This document shows positions 22,758 to 35,314 of a stretch of 64,000 nucleotides of DNA, in pieces (within the stretch, counting starts at the first letter, position 1; every line of letters begins with the position of its first letter). A program made the position numbers and the translations under genes. The notes beneath the pieces are model-generated. The model searched no databases and had not been told where the DNA came from. It was given only the letters and a program-made list of their open reading frames with translations. This stretch comes from Podarcis filfolensis (taxonomy: Eukaryota), in NCBI GenBank assembly GCA_964270895.1, contig OZ185452.1; one strand, given 5' to 3'.

Positions 22758-25548
22758 TGTGACTCTCTGGCATGTTAGGCTGTGTCTGGCAACTGTGAAT
22801 GTGGGAAAGGGAGAGGTGTAGCTCACACACACACAGCCCTCTGCCACCCCACCCCACCCCACACACAAAAAAAAATTCTACTCCACAGCCCAACTCCTAC
22901 ACAGGTTGCTTCTCGCCCTGCAGCTCTTCTGCTCCTTTCCAGAGAGGCGGCTGCAGAAGTGGATTAATTACCGCTCTGCTGCAAATGAAATTAAGCAGCC
23001 CTGATCGTTAGCTTATTGATGAGGCAAACGAGATTAGGCAGCGCGCTGTCAATCCGGGCTGCACCAGGAACTGGATTAAGGGAGCTCTGATTACTCAGAG
23101 CTGCAGCAAGCGAGCTGGTGAGAGCGGTGCAAGGAGGGCGAGAGGTGGGGGCCCCAAGCTGAAGCAGGGATACCTGAAAGCATCACAGAGGAGGGGGGAG
23201 GCAATGGAGTGAGCCTTCTCGGGACCCTCTGGGGCAACATCCATCTTCCATCCCCTCCCCTGGTCTAGAATCGCCTGCAAGAGTTGGCCCGTTTTGCACC
23301 AAACCCGGAAGCAGACCTCCAGGCCAAGCCAGGACAACAGAAATCTAGCAGGAAGATCATGTGGGAAAGACGGTCGTTCCGCTGCTGCTACCATCTCATG
23401 GAGAGGTGGCCCTGTTTGCCAGCCACATCCTGTTTAGTCCTAAGCACCTGACAGCCAACTGGTTGTTGGGTGTTTGGGAGCCAGCGTGCCAAAGCTGGTC
23501 TCTGCGGTAACCCACGGACAACTTGGCCGACCCCTGCAGAAAGCCAGGTTGAAGTCACTGCCCCCCCAGCTCCATAAAGAGGGAGGAAATGAGTGGAGTG
23601 GGTGCCGAGGGAGTGAGGGGATGCTTTGGCCCTACCAGTTGGACCACTTCCCATGAAGGAAGCGGATGGGGCTCTCTGCGACTCAGAAAAGGCTTCTGCC
23701 ACTGCGAAACACCCTCTGGAGGACTCTCGGGAGAAAAGCCACTCAGCCCAAGGGTGTTCTTGGTTCCTGATGGCGCCTCTCTGCTTGGGGAAGAGGCCAC
23801 AGCTCTGTGGGAGAGCATATCCGGAAGGTTCCACGTTCAGCGTCTGGCACCTCCTGTGCAAACAGGACTCTGCTCTCCCCAGTTAGTCACAATGGGACAC
23901 CAGTAGGCTTCCCCCCCCTTGTGAATAGCAGTCAATAGGGGTGAAGGTGTTGGAGGGGTGTCTCCAATTGTGGCCATTGCAGGTTGGGGGGGCAAATGCT
24001 TTTTAAAAACCCTCCCAGCCCCATGACCCCCCTGGCCCAGCTTTCCCCACTCCCACACTACAACAGCTCTATGGTTTTAAAAAGAAGTAGTCAGGAGCGC
24101 AAGGACAGGACTCCATCCGCTTGGCCTAAGGCCTGATCTCTTACTCTCTCTCGGCTGCCAAGCAGGATTAGGAAAAACCCAGGTCAAGATTTGTTGGTTG
24201 GTTTCTAATTGGGTTCTACCCTACCCTTCAGCATGCAAAAATATTTCCAAGGTGGCTTACAGCATAAATTTCAAAACAAAAGCAAGGGAGATCAGGTAGG
24301 CAGAAGCATCCCACAGGAAGAGAATGGTCAGGGAATGCTATATTTTCCTACACAGTATTCTCTTATAGTCCACTTATATCATGCTAATAAACTAAAACAC
24401 ACTCTCAGGCTTTCCACTGACTGAGGTAGCAGCCAGCGTCTCCTCCAATATCAAATAAAAGCCTTTTCCCATTGGTGATGCAGTGACTTCGCTTCTGCTG
24501 CTATTCTCCTTCCTTGGGCCAAATGATGGCCGCTTGGTCACTAAAGCATTCATGTTTATTATTTTTCATGGATCATTTCATGTTTTTTAAATTGTTTATA
24601 AGTTACACAAGTTGACAATTTATTTCTTAATTTTTAAAAAATACATCCTGTGTTGCGTGTGTCTTTGTAAATTCTTTATTTGGCACAAATACAAAAATAA
24701 ATAAATAACAATTTTAAGGAAGACTAGTGAAAAAATATTATAAAACATCAGAACTTGAACAATTTCCATTATAGATTCAATCTTCTGGAAATAAAGCAGT
24801 ATTTCATTGTGCAAAAGAGACAGCAAATGTCCCTGGGGAGAGCATTCTGCAAGAAGTCTCTCTCCCAGACACCACCTGCCTCACTGTGGGGGTGGGGGTG
24901 AGCCCCCCCCCAAAGATAACTAAAGTGGCAGGCAGGCTCCTCTCAAGAGGTGGTTCACCACTGGGTTCCTGGGCTGGCAGAGCACCCACCCAAGATTGCA
25001 TTTTAGAATGCCCTAACTTGTTCCTTTTCAAACCTCAAACACTCCAACTGGGTAAACCAGATCAGACCTCCTATTTCCCACCACCAACAGGCCAAATGGG
25101 AAGACCTGTGCCACAGGGAACAGGCCACTGCTCCCCCTTCCTAGTAACACTGATTATTAACATGTCCATTGCAAACTCAACAGGAGTGAAAAGAGTTGGG
25201 TTTCTCTTTCTCAGCAGGGCTTGTCTGGCTGCTGTCAGTGGCACAGCCTTGTTAACTGTGGGAAAAACTGAGATAAGGCACAGGAGACATGGCTGTCAGC
25301 TGCTATAGGCACAGTTCTTACTTTGCAGGCTTCATGTGTCTCGGAAGTCTTACCTTTTTAAAAATGGTGGGAGCCAGGGCCAGGGGGCCAGAGATGTGCT
25401 CATCACCATAGATGCCTGGCTGCAACAAAGTCCCCTTGACCCCTGCTCCTGCCTCCCCAGCCTCTGCTGGAATTTGCCCCTCTGACCTCCCAGCTAACCC
25501 CTGCTCTGACTCTGTTGTCCTTCTCTCCCCTCTGTTGCCTCCTCACAG

Positions 25549-25720
25549 GACCAGGGAACAGTTGGGGTCATTTTCAACGTGGGCACGGACGACATCACCA
25601 TCGAGGAGAGCAACGCCATGGTGAACGACGGCAAGTACCACGTGGTGCGCTTCACCCGGAGCGGTGGCAACGCAACGCTGCAGGTGGACAATTGGCCTAT
25701 CAATGAGCGATACCCCGCAG
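25549..25720 (+). CDS. NRXN2: Neurexin-2 coding exon, LNS6 domain ([58 protein letters not shown])
   Basis: Pyrimidine tract ending cctcacag|GAC, donor GCAG|gtaggg; 172 nt, phase 0 to 1; typical neurexin LNS6 motifs ([21 protein letters not shown]); 46 of 57 codons end in G/C. Confidence 0.97.
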
Positions 25721-27892
25721 GTAGGGACTGGGAGGCAATGCCTGCCGTGCCCCTCATCCTGTCTCCCCCACACCATGGAGGTCGGAACCACCCTGGCCCT
25801 CTGAGCATTTCCACCAAGCAGTGAGGTGGGCGGATTTGGGGCGGATGGGCGGGATCCTTTTTGCCAGCTCCTGGTCAGCAGAGTCTTTGGCCGTTTCCAT
25901 TAGCACTTACCTGGGACCAGGAAGACCAAGAAGAAAAGAATGTCAGGGCTGGGGTTCTTACGAAGCTACTGCCAGGTCAGGCTGTCTGTTCATCTGGCCC
26001 AGCAGTGTCTCCCCAGGAGCTGAAGCAGAGCACTCTCCCTTCCATCACTTGTTGCTTGCTCTGTTTAATTGGATAGGCTGCCGCGGTGGGACTTTTGTCT
26101 TCAAAGGGGGTTCCCTGCCACTGAGCCGGGATCCCTCCCCACAGGGAAGTCTCTCAGGTACAGGCTTTCCTTTGCCCAGGACTTGTTCAGAATTTGAACC
26201 CAGGGCCCCTCACACCTTAAGTAAAACTCTTTCCCCTGAACCAGCGAGCCCTAGATCCTCTCGGGACAAGTGGGGGTAGCCATTCACGGGGGTCGTGAGA
26301 AAAAGTAGCCAGGAAAACGGGTGGGTCCCTGCAGGAATGAAGAAGTGTGTGCCAGGAGGGGATAGATAGGGGAATTTGTCGCAAGTTTGCTTATTTTCAA
26401 AAGGCAAGCAGAAAAATATAAACATCAGTTGAGCTCTGGAGCCCCCTCTCCACATGTGGAAGAAAAGGCTGGTGATGCCCAGTTCTCTGCCAGGGTCCAG
26501 CTGTCCTTGCCAGTCTGCCACATAGCTGGCCAGCCAGCTTCCTCTGGCCACAACTGAAGAGGGGTGGAGAGAGAGCTTGAGAAAACCAAGAAGGGGTTTC
26601 AGCCAAGAGCCAGGGTGGAAGTCCCCTTGCGCTTCTTCCTCCATCTTCTCTTTCACTGTTTGTAGCAGTCTGGGCCCCAGCCCAGCTGCCCTGTCTGGCT
26701 GTCAGTACAGCAGCCATTTTCTTTCATTTGTGCTGTCTCCTTTGTTCTGAAGCCTGGGAGGTGGGCCGCTCACTCGTATTTTTGCAGGTGGAAAACTGAG
26801 GCAGGGGGGTTGGGTGAGAGAGCGATGTCTCGGAGTTGGACTAGGATTTGAAGCTGGATCCTAAGTCTATAATTCCCCCCCCTTATTTATTTTTTCAAAA
26901 AAACCACCCTTCTACCCGCCCCCCTGGGCCCTTGACATTCTGTTAGCCGCTGGCATTTTTCTGCTATCAAATAATTTTTACAGCCCTTTTCAGCAAGAGA
27001 GAAGTGCTTTGAGCGTATCTCATTCTAATCTCCTTTATTCTTTGAAAAGGTTGGCAATTGCAGAAAAGGTCCGAGTCCTTTGCACACAATGTAGATGCCA
27101 GGAAATGAAAGAGGACACCGGAGCAGGGAGGGGGGAGTCAATAACGGGGGGTGCAGCAACAGGGTGAAGACTAGAGGGGAGAGCTGGGGAGAGCGTGAGG
27201 GGCAGAGAGGGGAGCCCCAGCAGACACCCGCCTTCCCATGATGAAAACCTCCCTTCTTGCTTGTCACAGCCACGGCAGCCCAGTGCTCTGCCTCCGAGGC
27301 TGGGAGGGGCAGCATGAGCAGACTGGATCTTGGAGCATGAGCAGAGATGCAGGCGGGTTCCGACCTCCATTGAGCCAGGGTGGGGGTGTCTCAAAGTGTG
27401 GGGTGGGGTGCCTGGGAGACCGGGGGAGCTGGGGTTTTCATGGCTGCATTTGTGCCTGGCAGTGCAACCAGCCTGGAAGGGCCTTCGTTCAGGATCCATT
27501 TCCTCCCATCGTTTGGTGGCTGAATCACACACAAGCGCGGCGGCTTCTCCCTTCCCGCCAGGAGCCAGCAGGAACCATAGAACAGCGGGGCGGGGGGAGT
27601 GAGGGGAGGGCGAAACCTAATCAAGGTCATTAGTGCCGCAGGCAGGCAAGGCAGGGAGAGCTCCTGCCCGCCTGGGATTTGCCAGCCACTTTGATCCAGC
27701 TCCCCTCCATTGCCCCCCCCTCGACAAAGTGCCTCTCCCCAGCCTGTCGTCCCGCTGGCCTGATTGTGCAGTCTCTTTGATGCCCAGCGCTGCTGCAGAG
27801 AGTGGAGCGCAGCCTCTGCTAGCCAGGAGCTGCCGCCACAGCTCAGCCATGCACCAAACTGCACACCAGGGGCCGCACACCAGCCTTACAGA

Positions 27893-28072
27893 GGTAGAAG
27901 CTATGTTCTACTGAGTCAGGCCAAGGGTCCACCTAGCACTGACTGGCAGCAGAATCTCTGGGGTTTCAGGTGGGAAAGCTTTCCCAACCACACCTGGAGA
28001 CGTCGCTGGGGACTGAACCCAGGATCTTTTGCATGGAAAACAGATCCTTGACCACTGAGCCCCGGCCCTTCC
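27893..28072 (-). mobile_element. tRNA-derived squamate SINE, same family
   Basis: Reverse complement begins gggctcagtggtcaaggatctgttttccatgcaaaagatcctgggttcagtcccc. Confidence 0.65.
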
Positions 28073-30389
28073 TCCCCGCTGTGCTGTGGATCCTCTGCCC
28101 ACTGCACAAGTAGCCATGAAGCTGTTACAGGTCTTGAGAAAGCAGCAAGGCACACACTTTGTGGGTCTTTGCACTGCCCCCACACCTGTGCTTTGGCACC
28201 CATTGCAGAGAGCTCTGCAGCTCAGATGTTGCTGGCACCTACGCCTTTCTTGGGTTCCACAGGCACCCCGAGACAAGCTGCAGTTGTGCTTTTGGCAGAT
28301 CATCATCCCTCACTGCTTTTTAGGGGCCTCCTTTCCATCTGGGGCCACTTCCTGCAATACCCCTTATTAAGCTCCTTTGGCTTTCCACCCTTGGGTGCTC
28401 AGGGCCACCCTCTCCGGCATGGAGGTCACCTTTCGCCCGGTGCTAACTCAGCCTGGAGGCCGCGCAATGCCACTGGACTGTCTTCGCTGTTCCCCTGTGA
28501 AAACCTGGGAGCTGCCCTCTTGCACTGTCATGTAGATTCTGCAAGGCTGCATTTCAAATTGGCCATCCTGTGTTTTTGAATCAAGCCCAGAAGACCAGCT
28601 TTTTCTGAAGGGGAAAGGACACATGAGGCTCTTGCTTTGCAAAACATTTATATCGTCATTCAGGAATCCGAACCTGTGGGCATGAGAAGGCGTCGTGCAA
28701 GTCAGCCCTCAGAAGTAGTAAGGGAGGTGGTGAAACTTACAGAACTTTGAGCCTGATGGAATTCTTTGTTCTGCCAGAGGATTGCAGCTTCCATGGGCCA
28801 CTTTGGTTAGTCTGCAGACTTGTGAGACCCAAGTGAGAGGTGCCAGTCCTCCCAAGAAGCACACCTTCATCTGCCTGTGCCAGTGGACACGCTGACTGAC
28901 AACCCAGCTCTCTAGGCCATTAAGAAACCCAACGCAACAGTTTAAGGCTGCCAAGGAGCCTGACAGCAATCTCTGCCGCTCACTCTGACCCAGCCAGAGA
29001 GACAACCCAAACCCCATCTTGGAAGCCCTTTATGGAGGAGGAAGGGTCCCACCCCCCTGCCTTCAGAGGCAGGAAGGGATGCTGCAAATGGGGAGAAGCC
29101 CTGTGCTCTCTCTCCCCAGGACTTGCTCTCCACAGGCATACCTTGTGTTACCTTGGAGGGTGCCAAGCAGTGGGCACAGGTCTCTTTTGCCATCATTGTC
29201 TGGAAGAAAAGCAGGAGTGGCAGCTGCTAGGCATCCATGGGCTCTGGAGTGGGTGGGCTGTATGACTCTCCCTCCCCCAGTTAAATATAGAAGTCCAGCT
29301 CTCCTTTTGGCACTTTTTTCCCATGTCCCAAATGCTTTACCATTCTAGTTTCTTGATGGCTTCGGAATGAAGAGTGTTGAAAAGGCAACCTGTTTTTAAA
29401 ACAGTAAAGAACCTCAGCTGAAGATAATGTACCCGTTTTTAAAAATTAATAGCCCTTTACTTACGGAGTGTTCGCTGTGGGGTCCTTTGGATTATCTAAA
29501 AAGAGAGGCTCCCAAACGTTTGAATTTCTGGTTGCATGTAGGGTGCAATAGGAGGAGGGAGGATCTGGGGCCCATGTCTTGGGATGCAGAAACTGGAAAA
29601 GGAAGCCCAGGCTTTAATAACCAGCAGTTGAGTTACAGAATCCCCACTCAGGGACACAATCAGGATCAATCTCTGAGGTTTCCTTGGGGGAATCTTTTGC
29701 AGTTTTGTGAAAAACCAAGTAATAATCAAACCAGTGAATGAGGTTCAGCCTTCTGAGGGAGAAAAAAGTACTAAATCTGGCATGGAGGCCCTATTTGCTG
29801 TAAACAACATATTCAGTGGGCATTTCCATGTCTCTGATAGCTCCTTTTCTTGGAAAATAAGCAAAGGGTCAGGTGGGAAAATTCATTTTTAAAAGCTGCA
29901 GGTTTTCTTTCTGTCTGTTTTGATCCAGGTGTGTGTATGTAATATAGAAACCATTATTTAAATTAACCTTGATTTCAAAAGATTAAGCAGGGTACCTTGG
30001 ACTCTCCATGAATCAGATTTCAACCTTCTGTTTCTCCCAAAAACAAAAGACACCCATCCACCTGGGAGTTGGCCTTCTCATCTTCATTAGGAAGAGTACA
30101 CCTAACCTAGCCTTCTGCAGGTGCTTCTTGATCCAGGAAAAGGGAGCAAGGACGCTTGGGCCCATGAGTTAAGGGGCAGCTGTCTGCAATGAGGGGCCCT
30201 CCTCCACTCACAGAGGCTCCCCAGGTTTTTCAGGACCTTTGAAAACTCCAGGGCAACTTCCAAAAGGAGACCAGGGTCCCTCACGCCAGACAGTGTGGAG
30301 AGGGCAAGGGATAGCTACATTCATTCCTGCTTTCCCCTCAAAAGGAACTCAGATACATATAAATATATATATAAAGCTGTTGTCCTCAA

Positions 30390-30480
30390 ATATTGTCCCC
30401 ATTTTACAGATGATAGAAACTGAGGCCCATGAGTTCATAACCAAACAGAGGTAGGATTAAGTGGAGGGCAGAACCCGCTA
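30390..30480 (-). mobile_element. MIR/CORE-SINE remnant
   Basis: tccccattttacagatgatagaaactgaggc is the MIR core motif. Confidence 0.6.
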
Positions 30481-31549
30481 GCCACATTCCAGAAGTCCCC
30501 AGGGCGAGGGCACATATGTGTGCCATTTGCTTTCTTTATTTTATTGCCCCAAATTTGCTGGAGGTGGCAGCAGTATCTCCTTTTTCTTTGCCTGTTCCTC
30601 CTGGCTGCCTCTCTCCTCTGCCACCAGGGTTTTCCTCCTCTTCAGCGGTTTGGCTTTTTCCTTCCTTCCTTGTACATAAAAGAAACCCACTTCGCCTGCG
30701 CTCTCCTAATGACAGACAGCTCATCCAAGGCCGGGGATGGCTTTTAAGGCTCTCAGTCGATTAACTGCCTTGCCCTTAAACGATTGATTGGTTAATTAAC
30801 CAATTAAAATAAATATTACTGTTATCAAAATCCAGGTGGTATTTTGAGACTCTTTTTAAACGAAGCTAATAATCCCTCTTGACAAAATACCACCGAGGCA
30901 ATTCGCTTAAAAGCGTTGGGAGGAAAATCCTGTGGCACTCAGGAGCTCCAAAATCAAGCGGTGGCACCAAATATTCCTGTTGATTCTGAGCTCCTTTTTC
31001 ATGCAGAGGGTGCTGCACGCTAGTTGGAAATCTGAATTTCTGATCTGCGGTTTTAACGTTTCTGTGAAATTCAGCCCCACTCGACAGCTGTAGAAGAGTG
31101 ACCCACGGGGCTCAATCCTGAATGCTGATTTTTATGTCAGCCTCTGAGTACCTGCAGAGTGCATTTACCTTTTGAGTAACTACAACCAGTCTTCACACAT
31201 CTGGCGTTAGAGCAGAGGAAAGCAGACGTCAGTCTTCTGGGATCTGATTTGCTTTTTAAATAGAACCAAAAGATCTACCAGCAGGAGCCTGGTGCAATGT
31301 AGTAACCCAGGGTAGGGAGAGCCAATTACTTTAAATTCAGAAACTGGGCAGGTCTTCATCCTAAGAATTTATTTTCAGCATCAGAACGGAGCTTACAGTC
31401 CCTTTTCACAAAAATCTCCTGGATGCCGTCATTCCTCACTCCAAATTTTCATTTCAGCAGCGTAATTGGGGTGGGTGGTAGGAGAGCAGAAGCTTTTTCT
31501 GTTAAAACAGTCAGGAGCCCTTGTGTCTCTGCTGCACGTCAGCCAGAGA

Positions 31550-31780
31550 TTTATTTGTTTATTTCATTTCTATCCCACCTTTTTCTCCCAAGGAGCTCAA
31601 GGTGTGGCACACATGGTTCTCCCCTTCCTTTATTCACCACAACAACCCTGTGAAGTAGGTTAAGCTGAAAATGAGTGGTGAGCTCAAGGTCACCCACTGA
31701 GTTTTGTGGCCAAGTTGGGATTTGAACCCTGCTGCCTCCCTGCTGTCTGACACTCTATCCCCTGCACCACCACTGGCTTA
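31550..31780 (-). mobile_element. MIR/Ther1-derived squamate SINE
   Basis: tttatttc...cacaacaaccctgtgaagtaggttaagctg...aaggtcacccactgag...gggatttgaaccc. Confidence 0.75.
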
Positions 31781-32824
31781 TAGATCTCCCCGCCCCCAGG
31801 TTAGAGCACTGCCAACACACAGGGTCTGGCCCTGCCAATTGAATCCATTTCAAACCAGCTGCAGTGCTTAGTCTCAATGTGCCTTCTCTCCTTAAAACAC
31901 CCAAGTGTCCGGGTGTCTGTGTATTATTGTCCAGTTCCTCTATTCCCCTCCCCTGCTTCATGCCCGGTGCTGCAACTCACCATTTTTGCAGACCCCTCCT
32001 CAAGACCCAGCACCTTGACAGAGGTGGAGCTCCTGCTCCTGACACCCTAAGATCCAGCTGCTGAAGCGATCTGCCCCTGTTCAAAGCTTTTGCTGGGATA
32101 CCGGATGTGGGGTGGGGGGGACAAGACTGGCTAGCTTCTGGCCCCTTGCGTTGCAAGCTGGCGCCTGGTCATTTACCTTCCATCTAGCAAACGTGCAGAA
32201 TTACGCCATGCCAAGCATTTAAATAACCCACAATGCACTGAAGGGCCTTTGTTGCCTGGTCTGCAGCTTCGTTTTCACCAACGCCACCCTTCCTTACAGC
32301 AGAGCCTCTTGGTGTGTGCGGATTTTGTTGTTGTTGCTTTCCCCCCTTCTGCTCTTCCCATGGGTATACAGTGGGAGGTGGCAAGGGGGCTTTGACGTGT
32401 GTTTAGCGCACAGTCCAGCTCACGGAGCGAGGGTTGTGCAGCAGGAATCCCTCCCAAGCCGGATCCTGATTAGAGACTCGGGTCACTTTCTGAGGATGGC
32501 GTATTTTTAATTAAAAGATGTTAATCGCCTCGTTAATACAGAAGCTAATGAGAGCATGAAAAGTCCCTGACCGCCTCTAATTAGGGGCTGAATTGCAGAA
32601 TGGAATGAGGAGCAAAAATGGGGAGGGGCCGCTGCCCCAGTGGAGCAGCACCCCCCCCCCACATACACACACACCCGGCAATTGCAAATCCACCCACTCC
32701 TTGGAAAACCAGACTTGCAATTACAGAGGCTTAAAAATCCCCCATTCTGAAATGGTTCCAAGGAGTTTTGTTTGTTTGTTTACTAACACCCTTCAGTTAT
32801 TTAGATTCTTCAGTGGTTTTACAT

Positions 32825-32880
32825 CATAGAATTGTGGAGTTGGAAGGGACCCCAAGGGTCATCTACTCCAACCCCCTGCA
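32825..32880 (-). mobile_element. CR1/SINE 3' tail fragment
   Basis: catagaattgtggagttggaagggaccccaagggtcatctactccaaccccctgca. Confidence 0.75.
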
Positions 32881-34259
32881 AAGGGTGGTCATATACCCTT
32901 TGGATTACAAAATGAAGATGAGGAACAGGGTCAAATTCTCAGCCACTGGTACTGAATGGTGGAGGGGGAGCTCTCACCTTGCCACATTTCACGACAGCGG
33001 GAATCCCCCTAAAGGAGTTGAGGGTGGGACACCCTGTTTGCAGGTGGTGAACTGAGCGTGGCAGTTTTTGTTTGGGGGAGCTTGAGTCAAGCTCCCCAAA
33101 TGGAGGGCACAGTTTTGGGGGGTGGATCTTTTCCCCTCCGCTTTTTCTTTTCAAAACGCTGTTTCCCTTAAAATAAATTTAAAAAACAACAACACTTCTT
33201 AAAGCTACCTGCTTGAACAGTTCCTCCATTCTCCTACTGTTCCGCTTCAACATCCCTGAAGTGAAACAAAAGGATTCCTCCCCATCCCGGAGCTTGTACA
33301 TCTCGTCCTTTCCTCTGGGCATCCTCCTGGGCCCACCCAAAGGGCGCAGTCTGTTGTAGCCTCAGTGGGGAGCACTTTCTGCCATCTGGAAAACTGAGAG
33401 GCAGAGGAGAACCAGTCTTGCTGGCCCCTTTACCAAGGCCGAGAAGTTGCAGAGCCAGCACCCACCAGATGATCCTCTGCGAGAGTCGCCCTGCTCCCCG
33501 TTCTCACTGAACGTTGCCTGCCTCCACATGGCTGCCTTGACCCCGCTACCTTTGCCATGCTAGTTGATGGTTGATCAATTTCCCACCTGGCGCTGAGAGA
33601 TGCCACCTGCCTCCTTGGAACAGCCACTTTCCTCTGCATCTGTGCACAGTGACAAAAGGCTGGGTTGATGACACTTGGTTTAAGGAGAGGAGCCAGTCTC
33701 ACTCCCCGGGCATCTGTGGCCCCTGACATCTGGAGACCAGCTGTGTTTATCACAGTGCTGCTGAGCGAAAGATGCTCTGTGCATGCTCAGGCGTTCCCTG
33801 CATTATGACTGTATCCAGGGTTCCAGATGCTGGAGAAGAGTTTCCTGCACCCTGGCTTTAGTGGGGACCGGGCTCTGGATCCACCCTTGTTTCATGGACT
33901 TTCTCAGCCATATCGTCTCCAGTTTTCTTCTTTGGGAAAGGAATCCTGTTGGCGGATGATGTTGCAGGTGACACCCGTCACAATTGCCGCAGTTTGCTTC
34001 CAGCTTTTGGGGTGCCCCTGGTCCGCAGACTTGACGGTTGCCAGGCCCCAGAACACATGCCAAGCATCCAGTTCTTCCAGAAGCTGTCATCTCCTTTAGC
34101 ATTCCTTTCCTCATACTGAGAGTAGTGCAAAGGCTCCCACCCCGGCAGGTAGGTCAGGCTAAGAGCCTTGCCTCTGCCATTCAGGCTGGGGCTTCATGTT
34201 CTCTTTCACAGAACTTGGACACTCTAGTTCCCAAATCCCCTTTGGTTTAGCAATGGTGA

Positions 34260-34520
34260 CATGTAAGAGCCCTGCAGCTGGACTGGACCAAAGGGGGCCT
34301 ATTTAGCCCATCACTCTGTTTTCACAGTGGCCAAACAACCCTAAGTAGCTAGGAAGCTTGACTGCCTCTGGGGCTGGAGGTTGCACAAGAACTTCAGAAG
34401 AGCCTGCTGGATCAGGCCAAAGGGGTCCATCTAGCTCAGAATCATGTTCTCAGAATGGCCAACCAGGTACCCTAAAGGGAAGCCCCTTTAAGCAAAAGGA
34501 CCTGAGTGACAGAGCAGCAG
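34260..34520 (-). mobile_element. Two tandem CR1-type 3' end fragments (aagagcctgctggatcaggccaaagg family)
   Basis: Similar units start at ~34263 and ~34393; shared with 59603 and 61300. Confidence 0.7.
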
Positions 34521-35314
34521 AGCTCTCCCCACCTGCGATTCCCACCAACAGGTATTAGGGACATCCCTGTCTCCAGCCCTAAATCTTTGATTGGCTTAAA
34601 CCTGCCAGGCACCTTTTGGCCCGAAGTGGAAGATTTACCAGTGTCGTTTCATGATGGGAAGACAGCAAATGGGGAGCGGGCATTTGAAAAAGGGTTGTCC
34701 ATATTGCCTGGCTGAGGGAGGTTCCCCACTTGCATTTCAATGGCTCATTGTGTGTGATTCCAACCTTGTGTTGCTAAAAATATAGCAAAGGGCGTTCGGG
34801 AGCAGAGGGAAGGCTCTGAGGACCAAGCCCAAGTGCCTCCTCAGCAGAGTCCCGCTGGTGTGTCACACCTTCTAGGTGACATCATGGGATCCAATATGGC
34901 TTCATTAGTCATTGAGCAGTGTCCTGCGAAAGAAAAGGAAAAAAGAGGGCTGGTCCTGACCCAAATTCTTCTGCGATGCAGATGGCTGAACTTCTTTGCC
35001 TTTGTCCAGATACAAATGCAGGGCAGATTTGTGGGCTGTTGGGTCGGGGGGTCGGGGGGGGGAGGTGGGAGTGGTTTGAAGGGAATGGCAGGGTGGGGGG
35101 GTGGCGGCTGAAGAAATAAGGTGGGGGTGGGGGAACAATGGCTGAGAGTTTGGGAAAGGGACTTTTTAAAGAGAGTTTGACTGTGTGATGCTTTCCTCCC
35201 CTCCCTTCCCATTTTGTGACTAGGGATTAAAGTCTGCTAATAAAGTGAATTTAATAAACAAAAATAATGCACCCAGGGAGGCTTTTCTCCCTCCCTGGTG
35301 CAGCATAAATCCTT

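Noticed and set aside
24540-24830. AT-rich block with a hydrophobic minus-strand ORF
   Set aside because: Probably a degraded LINE or low-complexity sequence; I could not assign a family.
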